64,000 nt of DNA, from assembly GCA_030141605.1 (NCBI GenBank), contig JAQGDQ010000768.1, forward strand, positions 1-64,000. The letters are read 5' to 3'. The translations under genes and the position numbers were made by a program. Below are positions 35,943-50,068 of the stretch, in pieces. The number at the start of each line of letters is the position of its first letter. Within the stretch, counting starts at the first letter, position 1. The notes under the pieces were generated by a model. It was not told where the DNA came from. It did not search any database and saw nothing but the letters and a program-made list of their open reading frames with translations. This stretch comes from Tubiluchus corallicola. Lineage: Eukaryota; Animalia; Priapulida.

Positions 35943-38900
35943 TTTGTTATGGCGGCCATGCCCTGGATACTTTTAGTTTATTTGCTTATTAACTCGCTTG
36001 TTTTCTTGTTTATTTATTACAAAATAAATTATTAATTTTATCTCTAAATAAACTTTAAAATTATTTTAATAAAAAATTTATTATTATTATTATTTTTATT
36101 ATTATTATTATCATCATCATAATCATTATTATTATTATTGTTATTATTATTATTATTATTGACAAGACTAAGCATTTTGTTCAATATAATAATTATTTAC
36201 GATGCAGAAATATTATTTCAGTTCACACACGAATTGATATTAATGCAGATTCCAGTCCTGCTGCACCAATGCTGTTAGTGAACTTACAGAAGAGCGCTGA
36301 CTCAGTTTGGAGGGTTGGAAAGCGGTGTGCAAAACTCTATAAAGGCTGCTCTGCGCGTGTTGATCCATAAATTAGGGATAGTTTTCAAACCTTGCATGGA
36401 ATGCACCATGGTAGCAAAATCTAGCACCAAATTAATGCGGAAAGAAATTAATTTATAACGCACCCTTAGCTCTCAAGTGCACAGGAGTAGTTCCCCTGTG
36501 ACAATGTTAATAGCGTCCTATTCCAATAAATTCTTTGTTGCTTGCTTACAAAAAATGTACATGTAAAATAATTGCATACAACGTATAATGACTTTAATAA
36601 AACGGTAATGTACGTAACTGTTTGCCAAAAAATGTTTGCTAGATTGCTGAAACTCTTTTCTCGGATTTGGGTTTTGGCTTGGGGTTTTTTTTAGGTTGTG
36701 CTGAATGTGCTGGTTAAGGCCAACTTCACAGTGACGAAGAGCAGCAACATTCCTCCAGGAAGAAGTCCTTACGGCATTCCTCATGAAAATGGAACACATT
36801 GTTTTCTATGGCGCATTTTACATAGACGCCTCATGAGGCATTTCTCTTGAGGAATTCTGCTGACTGCTAGAAGCTATGCGTCCTCCTCACGAGGATTTTT
36901 GGTGCTTTGTAGAAGTACAGCATGTTCCACTTTCGTGAGGATTTCTCAATATTAACATCTAATTACTCAATTAATTATTTCTATGTTAACGAATAACAAT
37001 TAACATAACTCAGTAAAAAATTGCCATTTTTGTTTTACTAATGCAATAGCGACGACTATATTCATGAAAAGAAACATAAAGCACGCATGTGCTTATTTTA
37101 TATAAGTAGCTCTCAAATTTCGAAGTGGTAAAAACAAAAAAACAGTCTGATACTACAATGAATTATCAAAATTTAATGTACTTTGTATATGGTAAACCTG
37201 TGCAGCAGCTGAAAGAGTCGCCCGGATGCATGTAAAAACTGTGCAGTTTCAGTGTTAAATGACCTTTCTTGCTGCTTATATTTGCTTACATCCTTACGCC
37301 ATTTTCCCTGCATTCTCACTGTGGACAAGGGCTTATGGTGCCGAATGTTCACAGAGGATGGCTTAGTTCTTCGTACAATGACATGCGGTGGGGGAAAGTG
37401 ACTGAGGTCATTTTGACAGTTATTCCGTTTGTAAAAAAACGTGTTTGTAATAAAAAAACGCACAATAATTATGTTTTACACCATTCATTCTCTAGTTCAG
37501 CCGTTTAGAAACAATCTCATTTGTTCAACTTGAAAAACTGTGTAGAAAGACACATAAGTATGTTAAACAGGGTAGGTCCTCTTGCTAGGTGGGTACAAGA
37601 CAATGGGTAATAGTTTGGTCTAGTTTAGTTTAGTTCATTTGAAACCCAATAAAATAATACAATAAAATAAACAAGAATACTAAATTTGTAAAAAAAAAAG
37701 TTAATAGGGTGTGGAAGATACGCTGCTTAAGTATGCCTTATAATGTGATCCCTAACCCTTACACTAACCCGATACTACAGATTATTCTAAGTAAAGTAAA
37801 GTAAAATACAGATTTAAATACAAGGTGTTTACACGTTTCCGAAATAATTTGGCATTCATTGCAGTGACGAAAGGATGTTCATTTATATGTGATGGTAGAG
37901 AATTCAGTATTTGCACTATGCAATTTGAGAAGAAATGAGCAAAACTAGTTTTGGAATATTGAGGATTATTCCACCTAGTGTTAAAGTTATTGCATGATCA
38001 AAAATACGTCAGTGTCTAAATCCACTTCTTTGTTATATTCTAATAAAATTGTAAAACACGTGTAGATCATTTTAGATGTCTGTTCAAGAGATTCTAAGGC
38101 TAGTAATATTTTAAGTCTCTCAGGGTAAAATACCGGAGTAGTAACATGATCCTATGATCGTTCAGCACATCTTGTAGCTGTTTTACAAGGCTGTGAATAC
38201 CAGTTAGTGATATCTTTCAAGGGTCTTTCAATGATAGCTCCTGTGTGTTTGGCACGTTGGTAACAAGAGAATTCCTATGCCATTTTATACGATCGGAAAA
38301 ATCAATCACAAAGCTTTTTGGTCACTGTTCTGATCATAATCTTCAATACTTCAGGTTGTGGAGGATGCTAGAGGCTTCCACACTGAGGCATAAGCACGGT
38401 ATATTCAAAATTGTTCATTTGTGCCAAGATTCACTTGGTCGTGCAAATAGGGTCAAACTTTATCAATATAAGAAGTTATGGAAGATTTACCGTATTGCCA
38501 ACTTAATTATTGTCGAAAACTCTGTTACTGGTATTCCGCGAATATAATTTCTGTTTCTCGTTTTATGGTTTTAGCGACGCGTATCTAACTAAAATTTTAC
38601 TGAATAATTGGTCAAAATAGCACTATAGTTTGTTGGTGGAAAAATTCTTTGAGCGATATGAAATGATTTGCAAACTTACCGCATGCAGTGAATGAGAGAT
38701 TCACACAACACACTTTGAGACAGGTGACGAATCTTTATTACCCCCATGCTTTCGACCTGATTACAGACACATAGGTTAAGTTCATTGCTTCTATCTAGCA
38801 AATCAGTAATAATTGATTGCGGTATAATAGAGAGTAGGGCTTTTTTGATATAATTATATCTGCTGTTATTAATAATAATAATCTTATTTATCTTTTAACA

Positions 38901-39777
38901 CACGCACAGTTATAATACAATTAATTTGGCAACAAAAATGTGAAGAAAGGGCAGCGAAAGACCAATTGGTCGTCTAGTCAGCTGCCCTTTGGTTGGTGAT
39001 GAACATTTTTTATAGGCGCTATGCTACAGTGTATTAGTGTTAGTACTGCTTATAATAAAAACTAAATTGTTACGAATGACATTAAATTGATATGCTTATA
39101 ACGTGTTAGTACATTATTGAATTTCTTTCATACGAAATTGATTTGGCTTTGCTTGCAGAAACTTGCTGGCCATAGAATTTTCATCGTGGCAAATTTTATT
39201 CAGCTTTTTTGGTTGACTGAGTTGGCTCACCAGTATCCATGTAAAATATCCTTAACTTTACATTGTTGTTGACATTTTTTTGCTGCTTCAAACACATGAT
39301 TTATTGGAAGAGCATGTTGTACAATTAACAATGCTGAAATAATAAATATAATTAGTAATTTGTAGTTTACCAGAACTTGATTTCTCTGTGATATGAAAAG
39401 AGTAGCCTAGGGATGCACCAAATACCAGGAATATCAGTAAAAATCTGGGAATAGTTTGATGGTATACCGCAGTTACTTTTTTTGATAATTGGCATTGAAA
39501 ATTGTGTTAGGCAAACTGAATTTTCGCCTAACATTTACAGAATTCATCTGAAAAAAGCTAATGGTAAACAGCAAACACGACACAACAGCTGGCATTTTGC
39601 TTTCTGTTTCTGTATGATGATAACTTAGCTTATGACAACCTGCAATAGCGTGGCCAACTGGCTTGATTTTTATTATTTGTACCGAATGGTTTGAATTGCT
39701 TTTGACATAATTAGGGCTGTTTTTAAATTCATAATACTTTATTACAATAGCCATCAGATAGGAGCAGAAATTTAGTA

Positions 39778-40504
39778 CAGCCTCGTTATCTCGCCCCTCG
39801 TTATGCCGCCAAACTCGTCTCTCGCCATAGAAAGTACCAAGACGGATTTCCTGCTGTGATATTTACCTCGTTAAGTCGCCACCCTCGCTTCTCGCCCTCG
39901 CCACGTCATGCTAGGATGAGTGCTTATGTAAACTATATTCGTTATGTCGCCAAACAGACAAACTCAGAGGTGAATCGATCAATGCATATACCGCGTGTCG
40001 ATCAATGTAACCGCGGTATGTAGACAATGCTGCTGTACTCGATAGACAGACATAATTAATCTAGTGTGCGTCTCACCAGGATTAGATTAGGAGTGCTGTG
40101 GTTGGTTAATGCGCAGAGAAACTAAAGCGTCACCGATATCCTTACTCTATAACACCAAAGCTGCGTTTAAGTTTGAGTTTCCACAAAGTGCGAGCAACTT
40201 TACATGATGTCTCTGAAGCGAAAACTGTTTTGTCTCAATCCTTGCATTTAAGTGTATACTCGAAAAAGGTTTTTTAAATAAAAAAGTAACATTCTAAGAT
40301 TATTTTTATGACATTTTTTCATTTCTGATTTAATGTTGATTGGTATCATAATGCGAAATATATTTTATATGTACATAGAGGAACACTATGTTAATCAACT
40401 ATTATGTATACACATATAGACTAACTTCGTTATATTCCCGTTATCTCGCCTCTCGCCAAAAATTTGCCCTAGACGGACAGTGGCGAGGTAACGAGACTAG
40501 ACTG
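39778..40504. mobile_element. Tc1/mariner-pogo-like MITE
   Basis: TA|cagcctcgttatctcgcc ... ggcgaggtaacgagactagactg|TA. Confidence 0.7.
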
Positions 40505-40849
40505 TAATTAGAACAATTTTTGCACAGCTCATTAGATTTTTGTAATCTTTTCCAGTTGAAATGTTTGGATTTTGCACAAGAAAATTCGGTTCAGTTTCAG
40601 TAAGAAATTCGGCTCTGCTTAGTTCTGATGTTACTTTAACTTCATATTTTATTTGGAATTCGGTTTAATATGCTGTCCGATTATTCGGTTGAACAACGGC
40701 TCGGTGACAACTAAGCGCAAACAATTGGCTTCAGTTTGGTTGACGAACGTGTACCTTCAGTGCACCCCTAGAGTTGACCATCGTACATTCTTGATGTCAT
40801 AATTATTTCAGTTTAAATATATTCTTGTGGGCTTTTCTCTGTTCAAATA

Positions 40850-41027
40850 CACAAGATATTCAGTCGAACACTATGTACTCCCTCTTCCAAAAACAAATAT
40901 AATGAAACAGTCATCAAAATATAATGCTATTAAAATATGGTCATCAATTCTGCATGAAATGAAAACTCTTAATCTTTATCAATTTAAAAAAGCATCAAAA
41001 AATTACTTACTAGAACGGTATGATTAA
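40850..41027 (+). mobile_element. CR1/L2-group LINE 3' relic
   Basis: LPKTNIMKQSSKYNAIKIWSSILHEMKTLNLYQFKKASKNYLLERY. Confidence 0.55.
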
Positions 41028-41352
41028 CTCACAATTTTACTCATCCTGATCTTAAGTTACTAACAAAACTTATTTTGTTCTAATGTACGTTATAACTGAT
41101 GAAAATGTAATGTTAATTGTCAGCTGTTTCACTTATTTGGAGGAAGACTCGAAAGCTCAATGCTCCTTTCCCCTCCTCACAGTAACTCGCATAGTTTATT
41201 TTTTTTTCTTCAATGTTATATCAATTTATATGTATGTTTGAGTTGCTGTGGAATAAATTCATAATTCGTTTATAATTTCCTACAGCTACAAGCGTGTGCA
41301 TCTTTACATAAATTTGTTTTTTTATTTCAGTGCTAGAATTCTTTCTGTTGTA

Positions 41353-41499
41353 ATGTCTACTGCTGGCGTATCCGAATATTGGCTCATCAGTGCACCTGGT
41401 GAGAAAACTTGTCAGCAAACCTGGGATACCCTGAACAATGCCACAACTAAACCGACCGTTCTTTCTACCAATTTCAAGTTTCATATTCCAGATTTAAAG
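41353..41499 (+). CDS. ATP6V1C: V-type proton ATPase subunit C, coding exon 1
   Basis: [38 protein letters not shown]; acceptor ending at 41330, gtatgc donor. Confidence 0.95.
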
Positions 41500-41619
41500 G
41501 TATGCAGCTCATGTGTAATGCTTTTTAAACCTTTCTTTGTTAACATGGCTCTGTGACCGGTAGGGGTGAGCATTCTTCTGTAAGAAAACGTATTCAAATC
41601 GAATTGAATTTGTGACTTT

Positions 41620-43066
41620 CGAACTCGAATCAAATGAATTTCAGGATTTTTGAATAGGAATCCAATTCGAATCAAATGAATTTCAGGATTTTTGAATAGG
41701 AATGCAATTCGAATCAAATGAATTTCAGGATTTTTGAATAGGAATCCAATTCGAATCAAATGAGTTTCAGGATTTTTGAATAGGAATCGAATTCGAATCA
41801 AATGAGTTTCAGGATTTTTGAATAGGAATCGAATTTGAATCAAATGAATTTCAGGATTTTTGAATAGGAATCTAATTCGAATCAAATGAATTTCAGGATT
41901 TTTGAATAGGAATCGAATTCGAATCAAATGAGTTTCAGGATTTTTGATGAATTTCAGGATTTTTGAATAGGAATCCAATTCGAATCAAATGAATTTCAGG
42001 ATTTTTGAATAGGAATCGAATTCGAATCAAATGAATTTCAGGATTTTTGAATAGGAATCGAATTCGAATCAAATGAGTTTCAGGATTTTTGAATAGGAAT
42101 CGAATTCGAATCAAATGAGTTTCAGGATTTTTGAATAGGAATCCAATTCGAATCAAATGAATTTCAGGATTTTTGAATAGGAATCGAATTCGAATCAAAT
42201 GAATTTCAGGATTTTTGAATAGGAATCGAATTCGAATCAAATGAATTTCAGGATTTTTGAATAGGAATCGAATTCGAATCAAATGAATTTCAGGATTTTT
42301 GAATAGGAATCGAATTCGAATCAAATGAATTTCAGGATTTTTGAATACGAATCCAATTCGAATCAAATGAATTTCAGGATTTTTGAATAGGAATGCAATT
42401 CGAATCAAATGAGTTTCAGGATTTTTGAATAGGAATCCGATTCGAATCAAATGAGTTTCAGGATTTTTGAATAGGAATCGAATTCGAATCAAATGAATTT
42501 CAGGATTTTTGAATAGGAATCCAATTCGAATCAAATGAATTTCAGGATTTTTGAATAGGAATCGAATTCGAATCAAATGAATTTCAGGATTTTTGAATAG
42601 GAATGCAATTCGAATCAAATGAATTTCAGGATTTTTGAATAGGAATCGAATTCGAATCAAATGAGTTTCACGATTTTTGAATAGGAATCCAATTCGAATC
42701 AAATGAATTTCAGGATTTTTGAATAGGAATCGAATTCGAATCAAATGAGTTTCAGGATTTTTGAATAGGGATCGAATTCGAATCAAATGAATTTCACGAT
42801 TTTTGAATAGGAATCCAATTCGAATCAAATGAATTTCAGGATTTTTGAATAGGAATCGAATACGAATCAAATGAATTTCAGGATTTTTGAATACGAATCC
42901 AATTCGAATCAAATGAATTTCAGGATTTTTGAATAGGAATGCAATTCGAATCAAATGAGTTTCAGGATTTTTGAATAGGAATCCGATTCGAATCAAATGA
43001 GTTTCAGGATTTTTGAATAGGAATCGAATTCGAATCAAATGAATTTCAGGATTTTTGAATAGGAAT
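41620..43066. repeat. 42-bp intronic minisatellite x~34
   Basis: tcgaatcaaatgaatttcaggatttttgaataggaatcgaat units. Confidence 0.98.
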
Positions 43067-43502
43067 TATTAATAATTATTTGTGCACAGAAACTGCAGCT
43101 AAACTGTGTTGATTGCACAAAGTTTTAAACATTTTATTGATAAGAACATAAGTAGTCAAAGTGATGAATTATTCAAATGTATAATTTTAAGTTTGAATCG
43201 AATGTCCACTTCTAATAGGCAGTAGTATTGGCAATTGGCCAATTTCAAGGGTCCATCGTCGACCTTGAAAAATAATCAATGATCGGCTAATGATTGATTA
43301 TAATATTTGGTACTGTTGTATGTAATATTTGGTACTGTTGTATGTAATATTTGGTACTGTTGTATGTAATATTTGGTACTGTTGTATCCATTACTTTACC
43401 TCTAGTTTAGTTTTACGTCTTCACGCTGCCCACGTATCAAATCACAAAAGAGAGTGATAAAGTTTGTAAAATCCTACCATTTTTTCTGCATTATAAGTAA
43501 TA

Positions 43503-44028
43503 CAGGGATGAGAATTTTCCGCGGATACGCTGAATTCCGAGTTTTTGGAAGACCAGTAGTGCCATTTTTGTAAATCGCGTAAGTTCGTTGAGAAAATTTT
43601 CATGGACCCGGTACATTATTTCACAAGCTGACTGCTAGTTGGCAGGCCGTCACTTTGTTTACATCACGTACATCAGTGTAACCACGTGTAAATCTCTATG
43701 TATAAAAATATAGAATCAATTGTGCAGAGTTATTTGAGTCAATTGCAGACAGTTTTTATATACTTTTGCATAGGAGCGGCCAGTACTTAGGCATTTTTGA
43801 GACAATGTAGGTATCATGTATCCTTGATAGTTGGATATTTTAAATTATGCATGAAACAAGGTAATTGATATTTTAAGTCCACTTAGAGGCTCTCTGTGGT
43901 CACAAAATTGCAATTTGTTGCTGGCTACAACGGGGGCTTTGCTCCCTTGAACCCCCATGGGGGCCTACACGACCCTCAAACCCCCGGACTGTTTCAGAGT
44001 TTTTTGCAATTTGTCATTCTCATCCCTG
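43503..44028. mobile_element. MITE with cagggatgagaat TIR
   Basis: cagggatgagaat / attctcatccctg; gtaata on both flanks. Confidence 0.7.
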
Positions 44029-44897
44029 GTAATATTTAAACTATTGTATAGGTTTTGGTCAGTTGCTAAGTCTGGTAAGTAATTTAATGAGTGAGTCAAG
44101 AGCAATCACAAGGGATTGGGCTGTTTTTCAGTTTTTGAACCTAACCTGTGATAGCAGCCGAGAGAGGGCATGTTCCCGTCTAGAGCCTATTTGTTTCATC
44201 TAGTTAATTCAACACACTTTTGTTCCTGGATTTTTCTTCAGCTACAAGACACTTACACTCTTTTTTATAGTTTTACGTAAATTGTAATTTATTCTCACGT
44301 CTATTACACCAGTACAAAACATACACGAAATTAATATTATAATACAAGTGAAGGATTTTAGGTTGTACTTCAGTGTTCTTTCATTCTGTAACCCCCCCCC
44401 CCCCTATACTGTCCATTTTAACTGCATTCATGTATGTATGTCTTGACTTGGCTTCTTTCTGTCATGCTTTACTGACAAAGCTAGTTTACCTGGCTAGATG
44501 GCAGTCTGTTCTTGGCTAAGAAAGTTGTTGTTGTTTGTCTCAGTTAAATCATTTATTTGTCAAGAGTAGTAGAGCCATAGTGTAAGTTTATTTTGATTAT
44601 TCAGTCTCACTTTATTATTAATTTCTTTGTTTTCTTTTTGGCTCAAATTAGTTTGTTAGATTTTGTTATGATTTTTCTTACAGATAAAACGTAATAAAGC
44701 TACTCAAACATGAATTTTTTGACTTTGGGCATCATGAAGTAGTAGTCTCTCACAATACAAAATGATCAAATAATTAGCATGATTAGCATAATTAGCATGG
44801 GCCACCTGTCGTACTACAGAAAGCTAAAGAAGCTGTCAGCTTGGAAAGGCTTTCAGGACGTGAAAAAAGAGAGTCCGGTTATAGTTTGTACTACTTT

Positions 44898-45256
44898 CTT
44901 CTTCTTCTTCCCAGCTTTTCCCTACTCGGGGTCACCGTTGTGAATGAGTCTTCTCCACGCATTCCTGTTGTTGACCATCTCTTCATTTATGTCTTCCCTT
45001 CCCACATGATCTTCACCGACTCTTCTTTTCATGTGTCCGTACCATCGCAGTCTTGCGAGGCTTCCACTACTTTTACAGCTCCTCTGATATTACTGTTTCT
45101 AATTTTATCTCTTCTTGTTATTCCCACCATCCATCTCAACATCCTCATCTCCACCACACCCAATTTCTTCTCTTCGGTCTTCTTTAGAGAAGCTGCTTCC
45201 AGCCCATAGATTAGAGCGGGTCTGACCACTTCTTCGTGGACTTTACCTTTAAGTCT
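44898..45256 (-). mobile_element. RTE LINE 3' fragment, same family as 12196-12681, internally deleted
   Basis: Near-identical cttcttcttcccagcttttcccta.. tail and LKGKVH..RPALIYGLE..EMRMLRW. Confidence 0.85.
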
Positions 45257-45522
45257 CACAGACTCATTCATAGAACGTTTTGGCGCAGTTTTTACAGGCG
45301 GATGCCCTTCCTGACCCTAACCCTCCCTATTTATCCGGGCTTGGCACCGGCACTGAGTTGGGCTGACTTCCCCCCCCCCCCCCCAGTGGCTATGTTTTTG
45401 TACTACTTACTATTACTTTTATTAATAAGTGCAAAAAAAATTGTGCACCCCCAGTGCTGTAGGTGTTAAATGTAAGTAAAACATTTTCATCATTTGCACT
45501 TTCATTTTCTTTCATTTTGCAG

Positions 45523-45590
45523 GTTGGTACACTTGATCAGCTAGTGGGTTTGTCCGATGACTTAGCCAAACTTGACGTGTATGTGGAAGG
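45523..45590 (+). CDS. ATP6V1C: V-ATPase subunit C, coding exon 2
   Basis: VGTLDQLVGLSDDLAKLDVYVEG; AG/GT boundaries, phase consistent. Confidence 0.95.
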
Positions 45591-45837
45591 GTAAGAGATT
45601 CCTCGCTTTGATCTTGGCTTATTTTAGTAAAAATTCTTTCATTTTCTTGTTGCATCAGGTTTCCGCATCCTTTTCGGGGATGCGATACTCTTCATTTAAA
45701 TTTCGTGTTTATTTTCCTGCGTTTTTATAACTGGCCATAATTTTGTCCACGGGAATGAATAAGTTGTCTGTATGGAGTGTATTCCTGCTTTTTTTAGCTA
45801 AGTAGATTAGATTGTAAGATTTGATTAGATTTTAGAT

Positions 45838-46337
45838 CAGGGGTGTGCAAATTGCGGCACGCGGGCCACTCTCAGCCCGCCGAGAGAATTTGTGCGGCCC
45901 GGGAAGAGATTTGTCAACCTAATGAAAGTGCGGCCCGGGCGATTAATTGAGTGTATCCAGCTAAAGTCCGTGCCATGATCCCAAAGATAGTGCGGGTAGT
46001 TTTTTCTACTAGATCGGATGCCATTAACCCTTACAAGACGGTTGTGGCTTAAAGTCACTGTACTACACAGACTGTGTGATACACATTAGTAATATGCATT
46101 GTAATGAAATTACCACTATCTGTCCTGAAAGTAGAAATATATGGTTTGTAATATAAATTTTAATAACTTCTAAAATAATTTCTTGGGTGCAGTAGTAATG
46201 ATGTACGTAGGTCGGATGCAAAAAAATCGTTATTAGGACTTTCTGTACTTGGCTCCTTGATCAAACTGCCTGTGGCCCGCAGGAATTGCGGGAAAGTTTA
46301 ATGTGGCCCGGCTAGTCAGATAATTTGCACACCCCTG
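45838..46337. mobile_element. hAT MITE
   Basis: TIR caggggtgtgcaaatt; exact 8-bp TSD ttttagat. Confidence 0.92.
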
Positions 46338-46584
46338 TTTTAGATTCTGAAAAATTTATCCGTTCCACGTATATCAAAACAAACGTACAAGTATGTGACA
46401 GTATAGAAATATAATAGTTGACACCGTGTATAGAAGATTTGTACAGGGCAAGTTATACAAACCTGTGTGATACAAAAAATAGAGGATAAAAATGAAGTAT
46501 GTTAACATGTGTTGCATAGATTTCAAGATTTGTTTAACCAACAAAATAATGAGTTGACCATGTACTAAGTATATAAGATTGTTA

Positions 46585-46585
46585 C

Positions 46586-46616
<31 letters not shown>

Positions 46617-46641
46617 GCTGTTGTTGTTGTTATTATTATTA

Positions 46642-46717
<76 letters not shown>

Positions 46718-46719
46718 GT

Positions 46720-46753
<34 letters not shown>

Positions 46754-46758
46754 GTTAA

Positions 46759-46789
<31 letters not shown>

Positions 46790-46794
46790 GCTAA

Positions 46795-46834
<40 letters not shown>

Positions 46835-46902
46835 GTTAATGTTATTATTATTATTATTATTATTATCATTATTATTATTGTTATTATTTTTAAGTATTAT
46901 TA
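46585..46902. repeat. (TAT)n microsatellite
   Basis: Direct reading. Confidence 0.97.
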
Positions 46903-47580
46903 TTTGAAGAATCATGTTTATAATGAGGTATATTATGCACTCATATATATTTTATGAGGGATAATCTTTTCATTTTTATCTTATGCTGTGAGAAGTTTAG
47001 AAATTTGTTAGAAGTACATTGCAAATTGATCATCTTGTGTATGTACTACGTACTCTATAAATAACTTGAAAAGAAATCTTAAAAGTGAAATCTTTTCTAA
47101 TTATACAGAATAAATCAATTTGATTAATTACGCTGCTGTCCCTGTCGGAATCCATCACATTGCTGGCTATGTCAATTTTTACATTTCTATAGTCCACGTT
47201 ACTTCATACAGATACCATCACATCTTTCTCCTCTTTCCATTCCCTATTAACCTTTCTTTCTACTCCTTTACTGCTCTTTTCTATTACACTCAGTCCACAT
47301 TCATTTAGGGTGCTCTAAACAAGTAAATACTTCTTCCCACGGGTCATTTGCGGCTTGGCATCTTGTGTACATAATAATATGTTATTAAATACTTTTATGT
47401 ACAATGCTGTAATGATCGTTGTTGATATATTTAATAAAAAAATAAAATAAAATAACTATGTAAAGTGGTGTAAAAAATATTTTGTATTTTTGTTATTATT
47501 TTTCCGTACTCATTGTTCTAAACAATGTCATTTTTGGTTATTTTTATTTATGTTCGTGTTGATTTGTTTGTTTATCTTAG

Positions 47581-47666
47581 TGTTTCTCACAAGATTGCCC
47601 AGTATCTTGGCGACGTGTTAGAAGATCAAAAGGACAAGTTGTCGGAAAACTTGCAGGCTAATGGCG
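47581..47666 (+). CDS. ATP6V1C: V-ATPase subunit C, coding exon 3
   Basis: VSHKIAQYLGDVLEDQKDKLSENLQANG; cttag acceptor, gtaagg donor. Confidence 0.95.
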
Positions 47667-48597
47667 GTAAGGCGTGCTATACAAGCTCAGTAGTGATGAT
47701 AATGATGTTTTTTTATAAGTGTTTGCATTTATAAATACATTTTCTTGTCTATGAACGTTAACAATTGTTCGTTATATAATATTTAAATAATTAGCTTAGA
47801 AAGTTAATTAACGGCAACCGAACACACCTATTGCTTACATCAGAAACTAAGCACAGTTTGTGCAATGGCAGGAGTCTCCCTTGAATGTGAAGCACATTTG
47901 CATAAGTGTTACAGTACTGCTTAAACGCATGATGTCACGAAAAATGGGCTCTACATCATATGAAGTCAGAACCTAACACTGTAGTGCATGATCATGGTTA
48001 TCACGGTACCACCTTCTACTTGTCGGCCATGCGAATGTGACAGAAAGGCGCCGTTGCCAATCTTAGTAGATTCACTGAGCCGCGCGTAGCTTTGAAAGTT
48101 TAACGAAATTTAAATATCCGAGGTAATTATGTTTTAATCTAAGCTTTGATTTAAAAAAAAGCTATTGCAGTTTCCAATATTTTAGAGCATTCTTTATTGT
48201 GAACTAATATTTACACAATCATCCGGTTTTCCTTTAAGGAAGTAGGAAACTGTGTCAGCCATTGGAAGAAGTGGTTTCATCTAGTTTGTAGTTAAAATAG
48301 TGGATACGTAGAACGCTTGCTTGATTCCGACATTCGTTTTTTTACCTGTTGCTTTAAAACTTCTGTATCTGTCGATGAATTTAACAAACTTACCCAAAAT
48401 TTTTCGAAGTTTATACATAAGCATCTGTAACGTCAGTGATTTTCAAGTGATTCCATCATTTTTTTATAAAATGAAGTTTGACACGTTTTTGCACCACTCG
48501 ATATTTAGAAAAGTTAAACTCTGTTATTATAAAGCATGCTGACAAAAATTTGCACTAGAAGTTGTTTCCTAAATATGCTCTCTGGCTCAGGTAAGAC

Positions 48598-48813
48598 ATA
48601 TGAAGCCAATTCCTCACAGCCATATGAAGCCACTTCCTCACAACCATATGAAACCACTTCCTCACAGCCATATGAAGCCACTTCCTCACAGCCATATGAA
48701 GCCACTTCCTCACAGCCATATGAAACCACTTCCTCACAGCCATATGAAACCACTTCCTCACAGCCATATGAAGCCACTTCCTCACAGCCATATGAAGCCG
48801 CTTCCTCACAGCC
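48598..48813. repeat. 27-bp minisatellite x8
   Basis: atatgaagccacttcctcacagcc-containing units. Confidence 0.95.
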
Positions 48814-48824
48814 TTACTATACGC

Positions 48825-49228
48825 CAGGGGTGTGCGAACTGCGACCCGCGAGCCACTTGCGGCCCGCGAAAAGTTTTGTCAACGTAATGAAAGTGCGGCC
48901 CACGCGATCCAGCTGAAGTCTGTGCCAATGTCGCAAAGATAGTGCGGGTAGTTTTTTCCTCTAGATCGGATGCCATTAACCCTTACAAGACCGTTGTCAC
49001 TTAATGTCACTGTCGGACACGACGAAATATATGGTTTTTAATATAAATTTTAATAACTCCTAAAATAGTTTCTTGAGTGTAGTAGTGCAGTAGTGATGAT
49101 GTGCGCAAATCGGATGAAAAAAAATCGTTATTAGGTGCTACTGTACTTGGCTGCTTGACCAAACTGCATGTGGCCCATGCTAGAATGTCTAATGTGGCCC
49201 GGCTAGTCAGATAATTTGCACACCCCTG
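48825..49228. mobile_element. hAT MITE, same family as 45838-46337
   Basis: TIR caggggtgtgc; exact 8-bp TSD ctatacgc. Confidence 0.92.
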
Positions 49229-49561
49229 CTATACGCAGATGTTTTAGGTGTCGCTTATCAGTAGTATTACTGATGATGTCAGCGATTTGTCAGGATTTTG
49301 TAAAGGGAAAGAAAAGGGAGTTTAAAGTGCGCCCCAAAAACTTTCCATACAAAGTTATATTGCTCTTGCATGCAACCGGAAAAGAACATTCTTAATAATT
49401 TAAAACGTTTAAAATGCCACCTGGTGACACGTCGCTGTATCACCATCCCAGTGTGCACCACTGATTCGCCCAAAAACATATTATTGATTTACTCACAAGA
49501 CAAGGTGATTCAAAATTTCGCTTTGTTAGTGAAGAAGAGCTACAAAAGCTTTCATTAGTTT

Positions 49562-49993
49562 TACAATAGTTTTAATGCATTGCTTACCTTTGTAGTCGCC
49601 CTTGGTACATACCTGTACAATAGTTTCAATGCATTGCTTACCTTTGTAGTCGCCCTTGGTACATACCTGTACAATAGTTTTAATGCATTGCTTACCTTTG
49701 TAGTCGCCCTTGGTACATACCTGTACAATAGTTTTAATGCATTGCTTACCTTTGTAGTCGCCCTTGGTACATACCTGTACAATAGTTTTAATGCATTGCT
49801 TACCTTTGTAGTCGCCCTTGGTACATACCTGTACAATAGTTTTAATGCATTGCTTACCTTTGTAGTCGCCCTTGGTACATACCTGTGCAATAGTTTCAAT
49901 GCATTGCTTACCTTTGTAGTCGCCCTTGGTACATACCTGTACAATAGTTTTAATGCATTGTTTACCTTTGTAGTCGCACTTGGTACATACCTG
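49562..49993 (+). repeat. 54-bp tandem repeat x8 spanning the intron/exon-4 boundary
   Basis: tacaatagttttaatgcattgcttacctttgtAG|tcgcccttggtacatacctg; AG ends at 49595+54n up to 49973. Confidence 0.97.
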
Positions 49994-50068
49994 ACGAGAT
50001 TTCAGTGGGACATGGCCAAATATCCAATGAAGCAGTCACTAAAGAACATAACAGAAATAATTGCAAAG
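49974..50068 (+). CDS. ATP6V1C: V-ATPase subunit C, coding exon 4 (shortest form)
   Basis: (V)[31 protein letters not shown]; gtgagt donor. Confidence 0.93.

Noticed and set aside
41481-43038. Minus-strand 14-aa repeat ORFs; possible heat-shock-element array
   Set aside because: Intronic 42-bp minisatellite; GAA/TTC spacing does not fit nGAAnnTTCn.
48536-48916. S/T/P/Y-rich 126-aa ORF as an alternative V-ATPase exon
   Set aside because: Composed of a 27-bp minisatellite running into a MITE; no convincing splice sites.
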